A DNA stretch of 64,000 nt from contig CM120645.1 of assembly GCA_051362555.1 (NCBI GenBank), positions 1,798,001 to 1,862,000 of the forward strand, given 5' to 3'. A program made the position numbers and the translations under genes. The notes below the pieces were generated by a model that saw only the letters and a program-made list of their open reading frames with translations, was not told the origin of the DNA and searched no databases. Positions 39,001 to 51,000 of the stretch are shown one piece after another. The stretch's first letter is position 1. Each line of letters opens with the position of its first letter. The stretch comes from Lingula anatina (taxonomy: Eukaryota > Animalia > Brachiopoda).

Positions 39001-42000
39001 AACAACAATTGACAGGCTTCGAGATGTAACAGCACATACATATAGCTTCCTACAGAAACATTTTAGGATTTCAATTGAGCAACTTTTGCGATATTGATGT
39101 TCCTATAAATAGACAATCTTGTTTCCATTCTAAACAGGCCTCTTTCTCATGATTTGAATATTTCTTGTTGATGGGATCTTCAGTATAATATTTACAACTG
39201 GTTATTTTGTTCAGTATTGATTATTCATTTTTTTTATATAGTCTAGTCTAGGCTTATCTAATACCTAATATCAAACTTTCATTTGAAGTTTGTCGTCTAT
39301 TATGCAGAATTTGAAATGATTTCAGTGGACAGTTTCTAATTTCTGACCTCCTGTCTTTCTCCATGCATTTTTCTACCTATATTTCCAGGCTATAATGAAT
39401 AATAATAATAAAAAATATAACATAGACTCTACTTTTGGTGTATTCTATCATTTAATTTTTCTAAAAACAAAATCATAAAGCAATTTATAAAACTTTAAAA
39501 AAATCCATCATCAGACAGACAATGTCTATTTTATTATAGGAAATCTGTCTACCACACAGCCGCCTCAGGTAAGAACAAAAAAACCACACTGAGAGCAACA
39601 ACCTTAGCAGTTTTATCCTTCAATCAATATATTCAAAGCATGATCCACAAAGAAAAACCACCATTTATTGTTCTGCAAAAACCAAGGAAACCGCAGTTCA
39701 ATAGAGTATCTGAAAGATGGAGACTAAGAGACAGTCAGTGAGAAGATTACACCATGACAGAGAACTAAAATGAAGATGATTTTCTGTGGTTTTTAAGCAC
39801 ACCATCTGTCAGACGAAGAAGTTACTTCGAAATCATAGGGAGGGTTTAAAGAAAAAATAACAAAGTAACTGATTAATGTTATATCAACCCAACAGAAAAG
39901 ATCTTTGAATATGCTGAATACTCAACTGATTCGACAGAAAGTCTTTTCATGTATGAAAAAAATATGAAAAGACAGACAAATGAGAGAGACAGAGAGTGAG
40001 AGAGAGAGAAAGAGAGAGAAAGAGAGGGTGGGAGGGATGGCACATCTATACAAAGAGAGGACAGAAGGCAGACAACCAACCATACCCATGTCAGTTGTCT
40101 TATATGTTACATAATCCTTTCCATACTGGTTAGCAGGTGGACCAAATTGACTTACAATCCACGCAGCCTTTGTGGTCAGTTCTGGTCAATTCTGGTCAGG
40201 TTGGTTAAAACTGTGGTCAAACCACCTGTTTTATCTGTCTGTTCTCAACTATTATTTTTACTACCAGTTGTGTTTGAAGCAGTAAACGGGAATAAGTTTA
40301 TCAATATTGGGTAATTTCTAGACTGGATTTAATTCCTGACTAGACAGCTTCAAACCTGGTCAGTGTTGAAAAGAAATTTGCAATATTTAAGTATTTTGGT
40401 TTGATTTAGATTTTAAATGATTTCAGATTTAATCTTTAATAGTGAGTTAAATTACTAAGCTCAAGTTAGATTTCCATATTAAAATAAATTATGAATCATA
40501 GAAAAAATATATATATATCTATCATTACTTTTAACCCATCAGAATTTTTCTAAAAATAAGTCAAAATTTCACCTCAAATGTTCATTTTTGATTTGTAGCA
40601 ATACATGTTGAAATGCTACTACTACTACTACTACTACTACCCTATTAAGACTTGAACCTGTTTAATGTCAAATCTATCATTTTTCCAAACCTATTAAAAT
40701 ATGGGAAACACAATCAACATATGACATACAAAAAGTAAACACATCACAGAATAACTATCAAATGCTGAAACTGAAAGTGACAATGGTATATATTCCGACT
40801 TACTTTAAATAGATAAGACTACTTAATGTGAACAGTGTACACCCACCTCTATATTCATGTCTAATGTCCATATTTAATGAAAAAAGTCAAAACTTTAAGA
40901 ACCTGGTCATAATTTTTGTCTTTGGATACAAGCCAATGACAATGCTGAAAACTGCCCATAATCTTTTTGCAAAAAGTGGTTAGCATAGAATTTAGTAAAT
41001 ACTATACCGGATTCCAGAAACCTTGGAATTTAAAAATAATAGTTTTCATGCATCCTCAACAAAACTGGATGCATGAAAATATAAATAATAAAACTTGTTA
41101 AACTTTTTGAGGTATTATCAAATTCAAAGTTGGTCAGTTTCAATGAATTCCATCCTGAACTTCTTTGAGCAAGTACCAGCACACCAATAATGATCTGTAC
41201 AATTATCTCACATTTGGCTAAAATGGCAACCATGTCAGTGTGACACTACTGCTGGTTAGCCACTATCTCAGCTCTTAAGTTACATAATCCTAATTACTAG
41301 GCTTTTTCTAAACAAGGCACCTGACAACATGGGAAATTGATATGTAAAAATATGTAGAGTTTGTGCAAAAGTAAACAGTTGGGAACCTCAAGCCTGAAAT
41401 AAAATAAATAAATAAATAAATATATAAATGAAAATATAAAGAAGACTTACCTGAGAAGTGAAGTCTGATTATGCTATAAATTTTGCTTGAAACAACATAC
41501 CTTGATTACTTTATGCAGAACATGGTGGCTGATGACAGTGCGATGTTTTGCCGTGGCCCGATAAATGTCAACTACGATATTCAGTACTTGCTCTCCAAAT
41601 GGCACAAAGTTCATTGTTACCATCTCAGACTGAAAAAGAGAATAAAAATACATTTATAGACAAGTAACTTTGCCAGAGAATTGTCCAGTAATTCCAAACT
41701 ATCTTTAAAGTGTAACTCATGTTACACATAAAAATAAAAGAGAAGTTTTGTAAAAGATATGTTTTTCAGGAGAATATTCCAGGCCAAACGGAAATATACA
41801 TAAAAAACATTGTTCTGCAGACAATACCCCATTGTCTTCAAATTCCAATACAGGGCTGAAAATCATCAACACCAAAGCCAGAATGATTCACTTTTATCTT
41901 AAACATGAATTTTCTGATAAATCACACTTTCATTCTTAGGAAACACAGCAAAAAGAAAGACTAATTGTGTTAGTTGTGACACAAGTCACAACCACAACAC

Positions 42001-45000
42001 AATTCTTCATTCTGGCCCATTACCCCATACCTGCATTCCACGCACTTGTGCAGCACTCTTAGTCTCCACTTTCCCAAATCTAGGGGGCACCACTGCATAC
42101 TCCACAAATGTCAGCAACTGTTCGTACAAGTCCGGGTACATAGTATGCAAAAACTCTGAACCCTGGCGGATTTCCTGAAAAATATTAATGAAAGATAATC
42201 AATGACAATTTAGTATAAGGTGGGATAAAAAGCGACTGTAGAAAAACAGAAACAACCTTTTGATTATATTTATGTAAATGCTTTGCAGGCACCCAACTCT
42301 TTGGTAGTTTTTCCATGAAAAATATTTATAATAAAAATATATAAAAATAAAGATATTTAAAATATTACAAATATCTATTGAAAAGGTGAGACAATGTTTG
42401 TCTGCACAATTCTCAGAAAAAAACTGAAAAAAGATCTTTAAAGGCAGCAGGCATTATTAACTACTGAAGACACATAATATCATTTTTGCAACATCTATAT
42501 TTGTTTGTTTTGCCAACCCATAATTTGAAAAGGTTCTCAAATATGGAACGGAAGATTATGCCTATACATTATTAATTATTACGATTTTTTTTCAAGTCAT
42601 CATTTCTTTAAATTAGAACATTCTTATTGAGAGATTGAAACAGGCACCCAACTCTTTGGTAGTTTTCCTATGAAAAACATCAAAAAAATATTTCAGAGAA
42701 ATCTGATAAAAAATATTACAAATATCTATTGAAAAGGTGAGACACTGTTTGTCTGCACAAATCTTGGAAAAAACTGAAAAAGATCTTTAAGAGGCAGCAG
42801 ACATCATTATCTATTGAAGACACGTAATAACATTTTTGCAACATCTGTATCAGTTTGTTTTACCAAGTCGTAATTTGAAAAAGTACTCATACACAGAAAG
42901 GAAGATTATGCCCATACATTACTAATTATTACTGTATTTTTCAAGTCAAGCACCACAAATACCATACACATGTAAAAAATATTATTTCTGTGATTATAAA
43001 ATTGTGTATCTTAAAGTTTGATAATTTTTGCCCATTGAAAAGATCGATTCATTATGTCATCTCTAAGTCTCTATGTAAACTTGTTATCCTGAAACTTTTA
43101 TTTAGTCTTAGTATTGTAATAAAGTGTTAAAATATATTGCAAAGTCTGGTTATTGTGTAAAAATGTACATATACCATAATAAGAATGAATGAATGAATAA
43201 ATACATAAAGCAGTAATTTCTTTTGCACTCATTAACCCCATGCCACGACCTCTTTCAGTGCTAATATCACCATGCTCCAGATATGGCCAGTGAGGACAGC
43301 CCCCGGGGACAGCCCCAGGGACAAGACAGAGTCAGCCCAAAGATGGACAGCTTTCAATTCTAGAGATAACATCATTAAAGGGGTCTGCTTTTCAAGTAGT
43401 CTGTGACACTTCCTGTCTTGCACTCACTTTGTTGGCAAAAACTATTAATTGTTCTTGTCAGGCCACATCCACACTTTAAAATAACTTTTGTTATTAACTT
43501 GTTTTTAGGCGAACAAATGTTTTTGGACACAAAGAAATATACAGTAGATTTAATATATAAATTTGAGAAAAATTTTGTATGATTAAAAAGACATTGACTA
43601 ACTGGGATTACATTTTTCTTCAGGCTTATTACTGTCCTATCTTAAAATCTAATTTTCCAACTAATTTTAAATTTATTGAAGTTCTAAGGGGCACCTGCTG
43701 AGAGGCCTCTTTTAACAAAGCTCCATAAATTTATCATCCCTGCAGTCACTAAATGACAAATGCAAATGGAATTCTAATTTATCCGAGGATAATTTATAGT
43801 TTTAGGCTGTTGTTATCTACAACAATGTAACCCCTACACAGCAGCTGTTTTACTTCCTTCACAAAACACACAAAGCACAATCATCATACCAAATAGTGTC
43901 ACGCTTGAATGCTTCACAATAAGTCTTACAGACATTCTGCGACTTAGGGAAAATACTTTGTGATATAAAAAAATCTAGTTTGAAAATTCAACTGCTACCA
44001 CGAGATAAGCATTTCTGTCTTATTTAAGTCAACTTAATATGCCACAATTCCAACTGATAAAAATATTAAATGCATTCCTGGAGCTTCCTGCATATAGAAA
44101 ACCCACTCATTTTCTAAATACATGATAAAAAATTGTGAAAAATCAACAAATGAAAAACTATGATGAAGGCACATTTCTCTTTGCGAAAACTGATCCAGCA
44201 TCAAAACTCAGGTGTGACTTAAAATAGGCACCTTGCCTGTTTCCCGATAAAATCAATATTCTTTTACTTATTATTATGTAAATAACACACCACTGGTATG
44301 TGACATGGAATGATCCGACACAAATCCTGCCTTTCTGCAACAATGGGACCAGTGTAGAGAAAAAAGAAGGCATTCCAGTCTCACATATACTGGCATATCC
44401 ACATCATGGGAGAACTTTTTAAGTTTGGATTAAATCAACCAGGCACTGGTCACTGAAATGACCGGTTGGAAATGGTCATTGATCTGAGGAGTGTGGAGTA
44501 ATGGTCAGCGCTGGAGGGGGGAGAACCGAAGTGGACATTCATTGTATGAGATAGGAAAAAATGGAACAGATCAAGTAAACGGAAACTGATGTAACACATT
44601 ATTTAATTTTCTCCACACATGCAGGGGTGCATGATACTGAAAGATTAACAAAGGACTTAGAATTTGATGGAACACAAATGTTGGGATCCATTGACTAGTT
44701 AAAAGGCACAGAACTGGGAGCGTTGTTTGATTAGTTAGAAGGCTAACAGTTTCTTAAAAATGTGTGTCATCCTTTTCTGCATTAAGTCCTTCAGTTGGAG
44801 GTGACACCTTTCCAAGACTCTGGTGACATACATTTATTATCAACTTCGAAAAATATCATCTGCAGGTATTAAAAAAATTGCATGCATGAGAACCACTGGA
44901 TTAAAGACTTCTACAGCATATGTCTGTTCACGCAAGTACTCTGATATTGAACATATTATTATACAAGCACTAGTACATAATGTTCTATAATCAAATGACA

Positions 45001-48000
45001 TTTCTCTCACAGAAAAGGAAGCTACTATACTAGCATTTAAAGGAAAACAGGAGTGCACATTTCAGCACAGGCAGTCAATATACGCAGCCTGGTCAGCAAA
45101 CATACGCGTACCACACAGAAAGATGAAAACAACCAGACCCTTCTCACTGAATACAATACCTTGTTTCAGAACAATATGTTAAGAAGTTTACATAGCGAAC
45201 AATCCTAAAATAGGCCGTGCGTTTCATACAGTGGATATTACATAGAGGATACTGGATTTGAACTTGCTTTAACCTATTTTGTTAGTATATTGGCGTACCT
45301 GTATGACACAGGTAATGCACGCGTACATTATACTGAATACAGAAAAAAATGCATGTCTTCTCTACTACAGGGATCAAAGGACAGACCAGTGATTTAACTA
45401 CACAGGGGAACAGCTTCTGTGCTGACTTACATGTGCTGTAACTTCTGTACCCTGTATATGGAGAACTGAAGAGGTCTTAACTTAAAAGTTAAGGACCAAA
45501 ACAATGGGCAAGTAATCACCTGCCATTTAAGGATTTCGGAAAAAAGAGGCGTGTCAGGTTTGACTGTATAACTGGATAAAATTTCGGACCAAACTGTCCC
45601 AGATACTAGCCTGGGATTAACTTAACAGCAAATCTGTGAGTTCATTCTTATATATATATAAACTAAATAAATTAATGGAGAACTATTTTAAACAGAAATG
45701 TTTGTCTTCACCATCATAGGATTTATGCATCAAGAATCCAAGAACTGAAAGACTAAATCATGTGGTTGGACTTCATATAACATAATCACATGTTGTTTTG
45801 TGATCTTATAACCACATTACACAGTAATTCAGGGAACAGCATCATTTGTCAGTTTTCCACTCCTGATGTTTAACTGTGTCAATTGCTTCTACAGCCGTAG
45901 ACTCATGTAATTTCAATTAACATTATTTTCATTGTCAAACTACTCTGGCAACTTTAAGTGTAAACTATTCAGCTTGGCGTGTTTAGAACATTTAAAACAC
46001 TGATATATCAGCCACAACAATCTAGTAAAAGAACTATGGCTTATGTAAAATAAGAACATTTTACAAAAAAAAAACTGATGTAGTCAAGACTACAGCCTAG
46101 CTTCAGTGCATTATCAATTTAATCTGAACTTGAGTTCAAAAGCTTAAAGCTGGTGACAGTGTCTTCTCAGGTGACACTAATTAATTAGACATAAGCCTAA
46201 AGTTTCTGGAGACAGCTGAGCCTTAGGACACTAGTGTCTTGATCAATATATCAACTGTTACATGAACTGACGGCGTAATTTCCACTATTACACAGCATAT
46301 GGGGGTATTTAAATTTATTACACAAGTCTGGACAATATTATTACAGTGGGTTACTGACATGGACAAGCTTTAAGCTGTGTAAACATTCCACAGAGAAAGA
46401 GGAAGTGTTACTTAGATCTGATATATAGAGGATATATGAACAGACTGGCCCCAGTCTTCTTCTAACACTTTAACTTTGGGGTTTGACAGAGACAGACCTA
46501 CTCTATAGCAGTTTTTGAATCTGAAGTGGTTCAGATAGTAACTTTGTGGTAAAGCTCTCTATTTCTCAGCTCTTTATCAACATTTATGTTGCCAGCTCAG
46601 CTGCAGGTCACAGCAAGTGCAAAGGCAAAACTAGTGCTGGACTAACATAAAAGATGTCGTCACCAGAGTCAGCGTGGATCACCCGACCAGAGACGCCAGA
46701 TACCACAGTGATCGCAAAGGCCAACAAGAGGGTAAAAGGTCGAAAAAAGGTCATCCAAAGGTCAACCTCAGTGCCAGGTACTCCGCAGAGTGTTCGTTCA
46801 CTCTCTTTATCATTGAGCAATCTCCAATCCCAGAAGAGTGCCACCTCCATCAGTGGAGGCTTAGAAGTGGTGTCACCGCAACAGAGAGGTGCCACTGGTG
46901 ACAGTATGCACCTCAACCCCCAACCCCACCAGAGGCAGGCCAGTATACAAAGTATGCACAGTGTCCATAGTTTATCCAACATCCAAGCTGCGACTGGGGT
47001 AAATGCCATTTTCACCCCTAGCCAAGGTGTCTGTGCTCTGTGTAAACAACCGTATGACGAGCCACGTCTCTTGAAATGCGGTCACTGTTACTGCTCAGGT
47101 TGCATTCTGAAGAATATGAAGAGCCGAACGCTCAGAAAATATGCCATTATTAAGTGTCCTGATCGCAAATGCCACCGAGAAACCAAAATTCCAGGTGGAA
47201 AAATTGACAAGTTACAGCAGCTTCAAGCATTTTCTGACGTGAGAGAAAATGATAACACACACCAGATGCCTCAGCAGCATTCTGTAGATTTCTGCCCCCG
47301 ACATCCAAAATCTCTGCTAAGATTTTACTGCCTCATGTGTGACATGCCTATATGTCCTGACTGCATTGACAGCAGCCACGATGGACACAACATATGCTCC
47401 TTGGAAAAAGCTGCCAAGGAATCCCAGAACACCTTGCAAATTGTATCGAAGGAGCTCGGAGAAACCATTGCCACGGTGCAGCAAAAGTTGAATAAACTGA
47501 GCCAGTACAGGTGGAACCTGCACAATAATTTTACTGCTGTAGAGGCCGAAATTAAGGATCGAGCAAGCACAATCGCGCTGTATGTGAATGAACACTGTGA
47601 CAAATTATTACGTAATCTCTCAGAGGTGTGGCAAGACAAAATGGCTGAATTGGACGTGGTCATAGCTGAAGCTGATGATGCCCTTCGAATACTGAATGCC
47701 ATGAAAATCAACGCAGCGGCTGTGGTGGATGGGCATAACTCTGACATTGTGCACGAGGCCTTGTTGATTCAGAAGGAGCTTCCACGTATTGTAAGCATCA
47801 CCCACGCTCCACTTCCACAGAAAATATCTCTGAGTTTTAACAGAGGGTCCTTGCCACAAGACAACCTGTCAGACATCTATGGGTCATTCACCGTCGATTC
47901 TGATTCATGGAGAAATGGCATTCTGAAGAATAACGACAATTCCTCTACGCCTCAACAACCACCACCCTTACCAACCACATATCCTCCAGAATTACCACTC

Positions 48001-51000
48001 AAAACGAAACAAAATGTTGAAGAGGTACACTACAAGCAACCAGAGATGGTTCCAATATCTCTGTATCAACCAACGGGACAAAAGGCACAGTCATCTCCAC
48101 CGCAGAGTAACCACATGCAACTGGCAATGGAAGCCAAGCACCACATGGAAATGCTAAGATTGCAGAATCAGACAAACATGGAGGCCACTCCCTATCCGAA
48201 CCAGCATCACCATCAGCAGCAGCAAAATAATGCAATGTCACACTACCAGACGCCCAAGGCAGTTCCCAAATCTCAACTGTCACAATCGCAATTGTCTCAA
48301 CCAGCCGTCCAGCTGTCAGCCAAGAGCACCAATATGGTTCGTTTTAAAGCCAGCACTCAAGAGAAAGTCTACAGCACGCCTACTGTACTTCCTAGAACTC
48401 CCCAAGAGGCAAAGTCTGGCAATTACGCCACAGTGAATGCTTACAGAACTGCATCAACTCAACATCAGACCACCACGAGCTCTGCCGAGAATGTACAACC
48501 TCAAAACCAAACAATGTCAAACATGGTTGGATATTCTCCATCAAGCAACCAGAGCAGCTCAACCACCAAAACTGCTCAACCAGTTCAACCATACCACCAT
48601 CCAAAGAAAATAGCTGTATTACCCATTGATAAGGGAGAGGTCAGAGGTCATTCACCTAGTCATGTGACAAGGGGTACCCCTGCTCCTCAGTACGCCCATA
48701 TCAAAGCTCATCACCAGCAGATGCTCAGAGTGCTGCCAACAGTGAATGAAGATTCTGGGGGCTCCATCTCCAGCTTAACCAGAGAAATACACAATGTAGG
48801 TCAAGGTCATGACCCACATTACTTTCAACATCATGAATCTGATGGCTCTGGGATGAGAATGACCAAAGCAAATGGACATCACGGTGACCAGCTTTATCTC
48901 CATCAGGATCAGATAGGCCACTACGCAAAAACAGACCATGGGTCAAGCATCAAAATGGAGGTCATAGAATCCTCATCCTATCAACATCTCCAGCATCACC
49001 CTGTTTCCCAAAGTGTACTTCGACTGCAAGGGGGCCCGCAGACAGGTGATATGACCCAGACATACCCCTATCATCTTCACCAGACCCCCAGGGTACAGAG
49101 CCAGAATGACAGCACTAGTAGCACTGAGGATTTCACCTCCTCTCCTCCTTCTCAACAGATAAACACCATGGATACCAGCTGGGTGCAAGACTCTTATGAA
49201 TATCTCCAAGAGGTGCAGACACCCCCTTCACAATCCTCCTCACAACAGAAACACTCGCCAGGGGGCTACTATCAAGAGGGGATTACTTATTTGTAAGATG
49301 CTAGACTGATGTGTAATATATGACCTGTCCAATGGATACCTTAATATCATATCTCTTAAAGACTATGTCAATTCACACTAACTTGGCAATGGCAGATGTA
49401 ATTTTTATAATTTTGTGATATTGCTCAAATACTTTTATAATGGCCTCAAAGCAAGTACTCAAGAAGTCAGTAAAATGTCCATTGATATACCTAAATATTT
49501 CATGGTGTCTAAATAGTGCTATATAATTTTTTAGCCAAAGGTGTTAAGGTTGGGGTAGTATGTAACTTTGAACTTAAATTTGTACACCAGGGTAGAGGGG
49601 AGAATAGAAGGGGGAATGGTGAAACAGAGGGCTGAGTGTATTTATGTATAAAAATTAGGGGCTGAGGTTTTCTAAAAAAAATGTTTCTCTTGTGTTTAGT
49701 TGCTATTCGAGCTTATTTAAAATTGCACAATGAAAAGATGTAGAAAACTGCTTGTATGTTAGAATGAATTGTTTTTTTTCTGAGATATCTATATTTCTAT
49801 ATAATGTGATAAAGACCTTTTTAATAATCCTGCACACTTAGTTAAGTCTTCTAGATATCTACATTTAGAAAAGAACATTATATTTCTCTCAATAAATATT
49901 CCTTACACTATCAAAAATATTTGTATATTTTACTTAGCACAGTTGTTCAATACAGAAGTCAATGTTGAGTTAAAAAAATTTGGACATCTCATTTCAATAT
50001 GTGGGCCTATCAGAAAGATTCAGAAGACCAATATGTAGAATCTGATATTTATAAGTTATCTGTACATGTTTTCATTTCATTTCTGATCCCTGTTGTCAGA
50101 TTTATCTGAAACTCCTAAATTAACTAAGGAAAGTTAAATAATTTTTCACTTTCTTCAAAGCTTTGAAATCTATTGACATATGTGGACTTATGAATTATTT
50201 AACTTGCTAATGCAATAACTGATCAATAATCCAATACACAAACCCGCCAGTACAATGATTTAATTTCCAAAATCAATCTACAAAAAGACTGGTCTTGAAC
50301 TGAATTAGGGATAAAGATAACCTTACCATGTATTGAAATAAATAAATAAATAAATAAATAAATAAAAGTAGACTAATTAATAGAAAGACAAACTTTTCAA
50401 ATAGACCATACTAGCCATTGCTTTGGGATTTTTTTCAGATTCTTTTACCATTATCTACAGATATCATCCTCAGACTAATTAATTCTCCATTCTGACTACT
50501 CATTGTCTTCCAGTTCAAGGTCTGTGCAACAGACAGAAAGTTTAGAGCACAGTCAAGTGGTACCTTGATGACTGTCATTACAATGTCACTGTCATTGTTA
50601 CCCTGTCTCCACACAACAATAACAATATCTAACAAACAAGGGGCAGGTGTCACTACACGCAGTCCACATAATAACTTTTGCCAGGACAACTAATCTGTGG
50701 TGCTACATATAATATTGGTGGTCAGTAAAAAAAACATGTTCGTAACCCTTAACTTGTATTTACTGTCATGGTATCTGGTGCCAACAAATTATATCATACT
50801 ATACTATACATATCATAAACATATAGGGTAGGATTTTACTGCTATAACTGCTGCTAAGATTTAACCTCACTAATAAGTGTCTAATTCATTGTTGACTAGC
50901 TAAGTAGAAAAGGGATGAAATAATATGTCAGTTTATTATAAGACTCCTAATAACACAGTGAGCTGCTGTACAAATTCATAAACACACTAAGGGAAATGAT

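Noticed and set aside
41630-42030. Microexon like the short alternative segment I recall at this position in vertebrate MON2
   Set aside because: No frame-preserving AG...GT candidate found by eye; the best one contains an in-frame TGA
48792-48802. Perfect RORE AATGTAGGTCA
   Set aside because: Inside TRIM coding sequence and isolated, so not counted as regulatory
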